DNA from: Paramecium tetraurelia
Taxonomy: Eukaryota
Direction: 5' to 3'
NCBI GenBank assembly: GCA_000165425.1
Contig: CT868034.1
Span: 186,001-247,008, forward strand
Length of the DNA: 61,008 bases
Shown: piece after piece, positions 40,950 through 53,550 of the stretch
Layout: every line of letters starts with the position of its first letter
Numbering within the stretch: position 1 is the first letter of the stretch
The notes under the pieces: generated by a model
What the model saw: the letters and a program-made list of their open reading frames with translations, nothing else
Told to the model about the DNA's origin: nothing
Database searches by the model: none
Program-made: the position numbers and the translations under genes

Positions 40950-43188
40950 ATGTAAAATAAAATTGAAAAAAAAAAGAAATATTTTGAATGGCTCTTTTAA
41001 AATAATAGATCTTAACATTTCTATTCAGGCTATAAACAAATAACTGAAGAAACGGGTCAATAATTGTTTTAGTATAAAACTTAATTACCCAGCGATCAAC
41101 TTTCAATACATGATTAAGAATCATTTTTGACTCATGATAATTTTGAGATTCCCCATTTTAATTGGAAGTTTTTGAGTGAAACAACATTCTAAAGCGCATA
41201 TATGAAAATTGATGAAGGAAATTAGATAGAAGTTTACTCTAATACAAGAGAGTAATTATTAATATATTATGTTTAGAGATTAAGTAATATTTTTTGGAAG
41301 GTATCAAAATCATAACAAAGATGGTTTATGGTAAATTTAATATTGTTTGAAGTAATAAGAGGAGTTTTTACCTATGTAATAGATTTTCAAATTAAAATAG
41401 AGGAGGTGGGTTATATAAGAATGGAGTTAAAATTGATAAATGGGTTGAACTGCACAAAAGTTTTCAAAGAGTAATCCAAATTATTTTAATGAGATAAGGA
41501 TTAGTTTATTTTATATTCAGGCTTTTATGTTAATGGTAAGAGAATTGGTTTTTGGTAAATTTCTGTTCTTGAAAATCAAGTTTAGCAAATGTAAATATTA
41601 AATTTCTTATCAAATACCAGTGGAGGAGGTTGTTTTGACTATTAAAAAGGTTTGAAAAATGGAATATGGACTGAATTGCATGTCAATTACNNNNNNNNNN
41701 NNNNNNNNNNNNNNNNNNNNNNNNNNNNNNNNNNNNNNNNNNNNNNNNNNNNNNNNNNNNNNNNNNNNNNNNNNNNNNNNNNNNNNNNNNNNNNNNNNNN
41801 NNNNNNNNNNNNNNNNNNNNNNNNNNNNNNNNNNNNNNNNATTTTTGGAAATTTAAGTAAAATGCGATGACTTCTAATATAAATTTTATTGATATTGTAA
41901 GTCTAAATCCTAATAGGTACATGATGGAGGGAGGGATATTTTAATAATCAAAGGTTAAAAAGAATGGCAAATGGGATTTGATTTACATTATGGATTTTTG
42001 ATAAGTTTTCTTTTTTTAGATTTTAGGTCTATGTTAAGTAACTTATTAAGGAGAATACGTAAATGGTTAAGAATTTTGCCTATGGGATGCTTACTATAAT
42101 AATTAGATAATGTATTTGAGAGTATTATGTAAAGAGCATAAGGAATTTATGGATAGGTTGGAGAGAAAATTGGAAAGTGGGTAGAATTATATGACAATTA
42201 TTACGAGTAAAATATCCCCTAAGAATCAGCCTAAATTAAGTTATATAAATAGGAATCTATGAGAAAGGAAAAGGATCGAAAGAATGGAAAATATTAATAA
42301 AGGAAAGTTATAGCAAAAGAATGATAAATATGTAATTAAAGTATTTAAACAAACAATTAGTGGAGGAGGAACATATGATATAGAAGGTGAGAAAGTTGGA
42401 TTCTGGGTTGAGCCTCATTATAATTTTTATGAGTAATCGTGATATTTATCTCCACAGAGATTGTTAAATTATAATGACGGGTGATTATTAACTTGGTTAA
42501 AGAATAGGAAACTGGGAAATTTACTTGAGAAGATACTAATATGATTAATATAAATCCATGTATCCCAATATCTAACTATGTGCTCTATAGAGGAGAAGGA
42601 AATTACAATTAATAGGGTGTTAAAATTGGAAGATGGGACGAGTTAGAAAGTTCCTATGACTTGTATTAATAAAAGATTATTATTAGCAATCACTAATTAA
42701 TTTACTCTGGTATTTATGAAAATAGAAATAAACATGGGAGATGGGACATAAAATATAGAAAGTAACAAGAAGAATTTACAATAATGTATGAATTTATAGT
42801 AATTTAGTGGGGGAGGTTATTTTGAAAATAATGAAAAAATTGGAATGTGGGTTGAACCTATCCAATATTTTAATTAGTAAATTTTAATTTACTAATATAG
42901 AAATAAATAAATATTATTTGAAGGATGCTATAAAAAAAATAAAAAGCATGGTTGGTGGAATATGTATTGCAAAAAAAGTTATGAAAATGAATTAATGTAA
43001 ATAATATATATTATTTGTATTCAATTATTAGAGGTGGAGGAAATTATGAAGATAAGTATGGCACCAAAAATGGGGTGTGGAATGAAATTGAAGAAATTTC
43101 TTATTTCCCCAAAGAATTTTCGGCTATTATGAGATAATATTTAAATGGCATGAAATTATATCCAATTACAAAATAGTTTATGATTTGA
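40950..43188 (+). CDS. MORN-like repeat protein (GGGxY...KxGxWxEL units), intron-rich, spans an N gap
   Basis: Repeats include GGGCFDYQKGLKNGIWTELHVNY, GGGTYDIEGEKVGFWVEPHYNFY, KIGRWDELESSY and GGGNYEDKYGTKNGVWNEIE, separated by short GT..AG introns. The start is approximate. Confidence 0.7.
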
Positions 43189-43951
43189 TTCCGAAATTGA
43201 ACTTAATTTAAAATAAAGATCATACCGATATATTTTTTAAGTCTAAATTTCATTAGTTTGAGTTAATACGTTTGGGTATTCTAAATAGATAAAGACAGTT
43301 TGTTAATTCAACTTTTTTTTGTTTGGCTAAGAAAAGGGCTTAGATATTGGATAGAATATTTTGATGTAGGTATTCTTTGCATTTATAAAATAGAAGAAGA
43401 TAAAAATTCATAATTATTTTAAGTATTAAGAACATTATTTAGAACTTGAAATTCTGAACAATTTAGTCTCTATAGGACAAATCGTAATGAACTACAATTA
43501 TTGAATGTGATATATAACACTCAGTTAAATTACATGTTTTAAGCAGCCTATGGTAAAATTTGCAAGTCAGCAGGTTAATTAATTCTATTTTATCAGATGA
43601 TTAATTAAAAATATTTCTTAATTGTAGTAAATAATCTTCTAGATTTCAAAATATCAAAAAAAATTGGATTTTATTTTTGTAATTTTCAAGTAAAAGTGTA
43701 TTATGTTAAATCTAATAGGAACATTCCAATCTTATAGATTAATCAGTTAATATTTAATTGATTTATAATTTCGATTCTAAATTTTGCAACAACTATAATC
43801 TGGAGCAAAATGACTTGTCCAAAAATCTTTAAGAATGAATTATGTTCTAATTTTTTACATTAAAATATAGGATTAAATTCTAGTTTTCTTAAAAATTCTT
43901 TTTGTTATTATTATATTACAAATTAGAGATATATTTTCTTTAACACTAATC

Positions 43952-45153
43952 ATGAATAATTAATAACTATAAATACCTTAGAATGAAAAATATTTTGAAG
44001 CTTTTGATTAGAAAATATATACCTATAATTTGCATGATTAATACCCAGTACACAAAAATTTATGGTGCAAGACTTTTGCATTTATTTCTGATGACTCAAT
44101 TTTAGCAATTGGTTTTAATGACATGATAAAATTATATGAAATAAAGAATGGAGATCTCAAATAATTTTAAATCTTATTAGGCCATAGNNNNNNNNNNNNN
44201 NNNNNNNNNNNNNNNNNNNNNNNNNNNNNNNNNNNNNNNNNNNNNNNNNNNNNNNNNNNNNNNNNNNNNNNNNNNNNNNNNNNNNNNNNNNNNNNNNNNN
44301 NNNNNNNNNNNNNNNNNNNNNNNNNNNNNNNNNNNNNTTTGGAATTAGATATGATATTATTTAAAAAAAATGGGAAAAAAAATTTAGATATAGATTATAT
44401 AAGGAGGGAAAGATAGAAAAATATTTTGTTGGCCAAAAAGGTCTCTCATGAAGTTAAAAATTTATAGGAAAAATTTTACCATCTCAGTTCGTCTTTCCAT
44501 TACTTGGCTTATAATGAATTCGAAAGAGGATCTTTTGATATCAGGCAGCATAGACTAAACAATTACATTTTCAGAAAAATATAATTAGAATTAGCATTTG
44601 GGAATGTTCCTAAGTAATAACAGAGCATAGAGATAGAATATTTTGTTTAAGCCTGAGTTTAAATGAGAATAAATTAATCTCATGTGGATATGATAATTTA
44701 ATCTTAGTTTTACAAAAAGATTAAAAAGTTTTCGATAGAAACTGCTGGATTGTTAATTAAAAGATTATTATGGACGTTCATGGCTATAGATTAAGTTTCA
44801 TAACAGATAATTTATTTTTATTTTAACCTTATAATAAGGAAGAAATATGGATTTACAAATTTTCAAATGATCTATTTACAAAAGCAAATACTTTTCATGC
44901 AAAAAGTGACTGTGAAGATTTTGGAACCTCATTTCCTCAACAATTCATTAAATCAAAAAACATCATTTTAGCTAAAAATGGTAACTACATTCATTTGATT
45001 AAATTTGACATTTAAGATAATTTCGAGGTCCATTAATCAATAAATTTTGAAGATTAATGTATTTATGGGTAATTAAGCAATAATGGGCAGTGTTTGATAA
45101 CTTGGGACAGAAAATCCAATTTTATTTAAGTCAGGTTATACGAGAAATAATGA
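43952..45153 (+). CDS. WD40-repeat protein (Paramecium-expanded type), spans an N gap
   Basis: QLISCGYDNLILVL, VHGYRLSFITDNLFLFQP, FPQQFIKSKNIILAKNG, IYGQLSNNGQCLITWDRKSNFIQVRLYEKQ-TGA, and upstream LLISGSIDQTITF. The 5' part may be frameshifted. Confidence 0.7.
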
Positions 45154-46065
45154 ATAATTATTTTATAATGTTGTTAATTTTTAAATTAAAATTAAAATTA
45201 GAAATAATAAAATTTATAGCATTATTCTGGAAAGAATTTATACTGAAAGCATAATTATAAAAATAATTTTTTGAATCTAATCAATATACCTAATTTAGTT
45301 ATTCGATTTAAATCGAGAAACTTATATTTCATGTTTTTAGTTCATTTCAAGAATTAATAAAAAGTATGTATATTTTAATCCATCGTAGCAAAGCAAAGTT
45401 TATTTGATTTTTATCTAATTTTACCGATTTAAAAAGTTTATCATTCATAACAGCTATCATAATTTTAAAATTTTTTAGAGGTTGGAAAAATAAAGATCAA
45501 CTATATTCTTTTAAATTTCAAAATTTGTAAGGTACTATGGACCTTTTTCATATCTATGATCACTTAGCATAATTCACAATTCAACAATCTCATTGGTGNN
45601 NNNNNNNNNNNNNNNNNNNNNNNNNNNNNNNNNNNNNNNNNNNNNNNNNNNNNNNNNNNNNNNNNNNNNNNNNNNNNNNNNNNNNNNNNNNNNNNNNNNN
45701 NNNNNNNNNNNNNNNNNNNNNNNNNNNNNNNNNNNNNNNNNNNNNNNNNNNNNNNNNNNNNNNNNNNNNNNNNNNNNNNNNNNNNNNNNNNNNNNNNNNN
45801 NNNNNNNNNNNNNNNNNNNNNNNNNNNNNNNNNNNNNNNNNNNNNNNNNNNNNNNNNNNNNNNNNNNNNNNNNNNNNNNNNNNNNNNNNNNNNNNNNNNN
45901 NNNNNNNNNNNNNNNNNNNNNNNNNNNNNNNNNNNNNNNNNNNNNNNNNNNNNNNNNNNNNNNNNNNNNNNNNNNNNNNNNNNNNNNNNNNNNNNNNNNN
46001 NNNNNNNNNNNNNNNNNNNNNNNNNNNNNNNNNNNNNNNNNNNNNNNNNNNNNNNNNNNNNNNNN

Positions 46066-48030
46066 AACTTTACTTCTCATAGTCTCCGGGGGTGCCGCTC
46101 CGGGCCACGAAATCATCTTTTTGAATTCTTCTTAATCTTTTATTTTAATCCTTTCGTTATTTTTGATTTTTTTGGTTGAATTTATGGCTTTTAGGTTAGC
46201 TTCTAGCGCTCTACATCTTAAAATTTTTTTTATCGAAATTAACACATAATCTATTTTTTAATATCAAATATACTTATGTGATCTTTGTATTCTTAATTAT
46301 CAGGCTTTAAACTTAAGGCCTTCTTAAAGTATTCTAATGATTTATTAAATCCGTTCAGATGTTGTAATACAACCCCTAACATTCTTAATCATATTCATAC
46401 CAATTCTGAAGTAGGCCTCATCATTAGTAGGATTTATCTAAATTACATTTTCAAAACACTTTAATGATTCCTCGTAATGATTTATACGATATAAATTCAT
46501 CACCTTTTCTAAAAATTATCTTCTCTTATAAATCTTATGTAGGATTTAAAGCCAGTGCTTTCTTATAACATTCAATTGACTTTTCATAACGTATCTAACA
46601 AAATAAGTTAAAACCTAGAGTAATATTGCAAATTGCCTTTTTAAAGATAAAATAAAGGACTATCAGGATTTAGTTCAAGAGCTCTCTCCATATGTTGGTT
46701 TGCCTTATCAAAGATTTTAGTTTAATTTAAAAGACATCCTATCTATTTAATAAAGATGTACCCAAATGAAAATGCGCTTCCGAATTTTTTGGGTTTATAT
46801 TTATAGCTCTTTAAAATGAATTGATTGCCTAATCAGTATTACCCTATTCTGATAATGCAGCGCCTAAGATTTGTAATTTCAAAAACCTTATAAATTATAT
46901 GCTGAATCTGAATTCGGGTCAATATCAATCGCTTTTTTAGCACACCAAAGTGCCTAGTCAAAATCTAATAAATAAAATAATGCATTTCCTAAAGTAAATA
47001 TTGTCTATACCTTTTTCAAAATAGGCTTAAAAAGTATGAGGATTTATTTTAATCAATTCATCAAATTATTTTATTGCTTCTTGGAATTGATCTTTATGCC
47101 TAATAACTTAGTTCAATATTAAACATGAAATCAAGCCCCTTTTTTAGTATTTTAGCTGATAATTTTGCTTTCTCTTTTAAACCTTTCCCTTAGTAATTCA
47201 GTTTTTCTAATATTTCACCTAAATATGTAATAACTTTATAACTTTTTAATTTTAGTGAATCTTCATCTTAAGGGTCAATTGCTAATGCTTTATTAACATG
47301 GACCAAAGCTTTCTCTAAAAAATTTAATTTTTCTAGTGAAACACCTTATTAGGTTAAGAATTAAATACTTTTTAAATAATAAGCGTAAGTTTAATTTGGA
47401 TCTATGGTAATTGCAATATTGAAATGTCCTATTGCACCTTTATGGTCATCGTATTCTTGTATTTCCAATCCTATTTTAATTATCCATTTGCTAACCTTAA
47501 TCACAAACATTATCATAATCTTCATCTTCTGGATCCAAAAAGGACACTTCATAGTTTTCTATTGCACTTTAATCCTCTTCACTCTAACAAACTAATATTA
47601 GAATTATTATAATTACTGTTATTGTCTACTAATGGTTGAGATGCCTTTTGTAGTTGTTATTTCTAATTTTTTACCTTTTTCTATTGCTTATTTATTTTCT
47701 TGCTATTTTTAACCTATTTCATTGATTTTATGAATATGAATGAATACAGATTTCCAATTTAATTATTCCATAATTTATGTTTAATTTCTGAAATAAGACA
47801 ATAAGAAAATTTTATTATTTATGTTCATAGGTCTATTACTTATAATTGATATTCTGTAGACACAGCATGATAGAGAGCATTTAATAGATATATTCATGAA
47901 TCCAATTGTTATTGCTATAATTTTAGGATCAGAAATACTTTCAAGTAAAAAGTTAGTTATAATCCCATTTCTCTTACACAATAACTTCTGAGATATGTCT
48001 CAAAATCTAAAATTTTATTATGTTTAGGTA
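46066..48030 (-). CDS. TPR-repeat protein with one intron per repeat; 3' end runs into an N gap
   Basis: Repeats such as AIGHFNIAITIDPNQTYAYYLK, AINSFQRAININPKNSEAHFHLG and SIECYKKALALNP. Short introns fall at the same position of successive repeats. The start is approximate. Confidence 0.8.
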
Positions 48031-49600
48031 ATCCCTTTTGTATATATTTAATATATTTATTATAAACTAGAAATAAACAATGATTCACATCCTGAATAAT
48101 TAATATTTTTTTGACATCAACTTAATTAATTAGGATAAAAATTCACAAACTTTTATTATAATTTCTTGCACCTTAAATTAAAGAAGATAGTGCTGGCTGA
48201 ATTTTCAGTGTAAAGACTTGATGAGATAATTATAAATTAATAGAAATCAGCTTGTAATTGAAAATAGCAGATCTATTATAAACTCAATAAGAAAGTACAT
48301 TTAAATTTATCGTATTAGATAACTGAGTTTCTTCTTTTTGAGTCTATGTTAGATTATAGTTGTTTTTTAGAAATTTATGAGATCAATTTTCTGAATAATT
48401 TAAATGCTACTAAGCTATTATTTTGAATTCATAATTACAAATAGCATAAATTTATAATTATATCTTAGTTATATATACTTAACATAATTTAATTTACTAC
48501 TTATACACAAAATATACTAATGATAATTTTATAGGTTGATTATTGGAAGAAATTGATCTCTAACCTTTTGACTTCCTCAATATAATTATAAAAATTCCTA
48601 AAGTTATTTAATTCATTTCTAAATCCATATTTTGTTAGATTAATTATAGAAATTATCTGTTTTTTTAATTAGAAGTATTGTGAGTAATGTAAGTTTATCT
48701 GCTTTTAATAATTATGATGTAAAAATGATTTAAAATAATCATCACAATAGTTAGGGTTATGTATTATCACTTGATGACCCTAAACTAAAAGAACAATTAT
48801 ATACTTATAATATATTATTAGCTAAAAATAAAATATACACATATATAGGATGAAAATTAAATAGTTGCCCATATAGTATTTAAACATCTTGGATATGTTA
48901 ATTTTTTAGCTATCTGAATATTCATTAGATTTCATTTATTTCTCTCTTCATATTTATAAACTTTGAGTAATTTTATCGATAAACTTCAATCAATCAGATT
49001 CCAACTTCATACTTAAAATATAATACAATCACTTAATTCCAAAATAAACTTTAAGAACAAATATCAATTCCATCGCATAGGAGGCTCTGAAAGGAAAAAT
49101 GATGTCACTCTCAGTCAGCTGCTTATTACAAATTAGTTACTTTATTTTAATTAGTAAACCTTATTTTACCTTTTCATCCTTTATCGATGCTAAGCTCTTT
49201 CTACCATCTGTTATTTGATCAGAATAATATTAGTTTAATTTCCTAATTTTTTTATCAAAATTAAGTCTTCGTTTGTCTAACCGTCTATTATTTCAATAAA
49301 TGTTTCAAAAAGGCTAAATGAAATTTTTTTTGAAAATATTCATTGGAGTTATTTTAAAAATTAATAAACATAATAAAGTGATAATATAAAGTCTAGATTT
49401 TGGTTGGAATTTATTATCATTCTTTTTTAGCATTGTTATTACCTGAGAAGAGGATGTAGCATTAATAATGATTTTTTTAATTTCAAATCGGTATTTAATA
49501 ATAACTAATGACATTTATGAAACAATTTTTTGAAATTTTTAAGAGTTTAAGGGTAAATAAACTTGAAAATCGATTAGAAACAAATTAAATCAATAGAATC

Positions 49601-50377
49601 TCAGACAGGTTACTCATATTTAGGGAACTTTTGAGAATAATAATTATAAAATACATGAAAACCAGTTAAGCAAGCTTAATCAGAGGTATAACTTTAGAGA
49701 ACTCCCCCATAATAATTAGGATCTTTTAATTAAACAACTATCCCTTCTGTTATTTTTATCGATTTAATGGGGAAGGGCAGTTATCGACTTGGGCTAGTTT
49801 GATTCCCTGTACAAATATTCCATTTTTATCCTTCAAAATTACATTCACTAAAAAAGGTCACACAAGGATCTAACACCTATAAAATCACATTTCGTATACC
49901 CCACGATTCTATTATTTTTTTAAAATAGATACCATCATATATTGGGTCATTCAAATTACTTTATAATGATATTACAAAGCTCTGCTTTCCTAAAGGCAAT
50001 TAAAATTGACAAGTAATCTATTCAACAACATCAAGCCAAGAATTGAAGCAAAGATTACTTCCTTAAGATAAAATAACACTAGTTGTTACAACTAACTTGT
50101 TATCTAAAGTAATCCAGAAAAATTCTCCTCCATCCCAAGAATCAAATCTACCAAGTGTGAAAGAAAATTTCATTAACCTTCCTTCATTATTATTAGTAAA
50201 TAATTTGGAGATTCTTGTGCTCTAACCAAATCGACCAATATATAATTTATCCCCACACCATTCGACTTATTAGATCCAATTGTTATTGTAACAACTAGCA
50301 TCATCAGGCTATAAACAACTTTTGTAAATCAGTATGGGGTGTAAAAACAAAACTTTAAGCAAAGAAATTTTTGCCAT
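49601..50377 (-). CDS. Small probably secreted protein: N-terminal DSWD/WGI domain plus a C-terminal beta/gamma-crystallin-like domain, 2 introns
   Basis: MAKISLLKVLFLHPILIY...FSFTLGRFDSWDGGEFFWITLD...ESWGIRNVILQVLDPCVTFFSECNFEGQKWNIC...IKSIKITEGIVVQLKDPNYYGG...FPKYEQPV-TGA. FxxxNFxG and IxSIKI are Greek-key crystallin hallmarks. Confidence 0.7.
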
Positions 50378-53300
50378 AATTATTATGAATATATTTATTC
50401 AAATGAAGATTTTAATTTTAGTTTTGGATTTATCTCTAGATGAAATACTTATTGCTTTAAAAATTCAAATGATTAAAAAAGATGAACAGTAAATAATTAT
50501 CAAGCTAAATTTAAATTATCGACGAGTTAGAATAAATATTATTTTCAGAATAAAGGTTTAGTACTATGTTCAACTCAAAGATCTCTAGATCAATTTTGAT
50601 TTATTCACCCTCCTCTTAGGCTATATTAAAATTACATCAAACCTCTCTAATTATTTTTTTTTTGATTGACTGAATTTTTATGAAACAAGTCTAATTAAAG
50701 GAAAATCATAATATGAAGTAGGCTATTATTTAATGAGATTTACCATTCTATTTATATTGTTTAGAGCAAAATATATTATCGAATTTGAATAAATTATATA
50801 GAATAAGAGAATAAACATTTAATTGAACTGATATAAAAATATATAGGATAAATTTGATATTATTTTTTTTTAGACGGTTTCCTTAAAATATTTTGATTTT
50901 ACATAAAAGATGTAATTTTTAATGAGGATGATATACATTTATGAATTGACTAAAATAAGATATTTTATAAGAGTTTTATGTATATGTTCTTACTCATATT
51001 TTCTAAGTTATTCAAGTTGAATTCGAGCGTATTTGATTTTGATTATTCAGATTCTAATCGGTATCTTACTTCATATTACGAAAATTTCAAGGAAAGAATA
51101 AATTTCATGAAAGGGAAATAAAAGAGTACTATTTAACGTATTTATCTGGTTAGATTGATTTNNNNNNNNNNNNNNNNNNNNNNNNNNNNNNNNNNNNNNN
51201 NNNNNNNNNNNNNNNNNNNNNNNNNNNNNNNNNNNNNNNNNNNNNNNNNNNNNNNNNNNNNNNNNNNNNNNNNNNNNNNNNNNNNNNNNNNNNNNNNNNN
51301 NNNNNNNNNNNNNNNNNNNNNNNNNNNNNNNNNNNNNNNNNNNNNNNNNNNNNNNNNNNNNNNNNNNNNNNNNNNNNNNNNNNNNNNNNNNNNNNNNNNT
51401 GATGATAAATACACCTGTGATCCTATGACTAGTTTAATGAAACTTGGGTCAAAATAAATAAGTGCTATGGTCTCAATAAAAGTTATTTTGCAAATGGTCC
51501 TTACAAACCCTAATCCACAGATTTTTTTAATTTGTTTAAGTTTTCACTTTGCTCCTCTAATATGGACCACAAATGTGAAGGAGGATAATATAGTAAAATT
51601 CTCCTTATTTTATGAATTTTCTGTTGTATACAATAAGATTAGAAATCATGTAGTCCGATGGAGAAACAAAAATACGATCTTTTACAACAATGACCAAAGT
51701 ACTATAAGTTCAATTGAGAATTATTAATATAAACCAAAAACTCCCAAGCATGATAGGTAAATTCCATTTTAATATTTAAACCTTTTTATAGAAAACTTGA
51801 ATCTACTACAATCGATGACATATTTTTATGATCTAAAATTTACTCTTCTTGAAGTTCTGAAAGTCTAGATATTGATAAATTTCATCCATGAATTGAACTC
51901 AAGAATTAATTTCAAACTTCTCATAAATCTCTTAAATATTGTTGCAGAGTTATAAACTCAGAGGGCAAACTTCTCAAGCAAATTGATTCAAAGCTGGTCA
52001 AGTCATCCTTTTTTTTTGAAACCCACTCTTTCTGCTCACAGCTTATAACAACCAAAGTTAGAAGAATAAATAGAGATAAAATTTGTATTATAAAAGGTAG
52101 AATCATAGTCCGATGAAACATAAATTGGTTAACATTAATTTAAGAAGGTAATAAATAAATTAATAATTTAGCATCCCACACAATAGATAAATTTGATGAT
52201 TTATTTTCAAAAGAGGAAGGCATTTCAACTGAACCAAGTAATATATGAATTCTTAGGCTTAAGATGAATTTGTCTCAATGGAACATATTCATCATGATTT
52301 TTTAGACCATTTTCATTTTAGCAAAAATAATATATCAAAAGTAAGTTTATATAAAAAATAAAATCTTTCGGATTTAGCTATAGGATGACCTAAAAAATCA
52401 ATGGGAAAGCTTCGACTAGTATTAATAAAAGCAAGCAGTATCATTCTATATTGATTATTTTGTTAAATGTTTAAGATGTAATGTTAAAACGTCTTTCTTC
52501 TAAAAATAATCCATATTTATAATCTGAAATACAGTTTTAGAAATATTGTCATAATTTTCGACAATATATCTAACAAAAGATGTTTTACGATATATAGAAA
52601 GTGTAGGGAGAGAACTTATAATAGATTTATCAAAAAAGATTTCAGAACCAGCATAATATCAAATTTGGAAAATCACACTAGTTTTTCTAAAATAGCATAT
52701 AAGCATCTATAAACAAATTATGTATTTAGCAAAGATAAACGGTTAAATTATATAATTTTATCAATAAAATAGATTGTTGAATTTAAGAATAATTATTTTT
52801 GATTTATTTCGATCAGAAAAACTAGAAACTAGAATTGTTAAATAAAATAAATTTACACAAACCCAACAATAATTACATTCAAAAACAAATAAGAGTAATA
52901 AAATCTACGACTAAACTACATTTATGAATAAAACTACGATTTAGATTCTCTGCTGAAAAACATATTATAGAATTTAGAATATCATCCTCACTACAGATCA
53001 AAGTGGGCTTATATTATTTACATTTAATGCTAGTTTTTAGCTAAAAGGACTGATAATAACTTCACAATTGATGAAAGCGATGGTTGCATTACTTTAGATG
53101 AATGAATGCTAATATTAAAACATAGAGGAATAACCTATTGCTGGATCAGAGTATATAGCTTAAATTTTTTATCTTAAGTCATAAAAATTTTGATCTATTT
53201 GCAAAATCTTTAGGCATAATTAAAATAATATTATAAAAAAAAAAATACTTAAATATTTAAAGTCTAGCCATTTATACTATTATTTTAAATAATTCAAAAC

Positions 53301-53550
53301 AAGTACATTTTTCAATACTACTATGCAAGTGATTATTAATTAGAATAAAATATAGATTATTTTTCTTATTATATAATATACTATTTTTTCGTTAGTAATC
53401 TAAATAGAATTTTTTCTATTTGTAGATTTCATTAAATTCATATCAGTTTTAGAAGTGTTTGAAGACACGTTCACACATCAATCTAAACATAAATATAAAT
53501 ATGCTATATAAAAAATTTTGAATTCTATCAAATATTATTTTGATTAAAAA

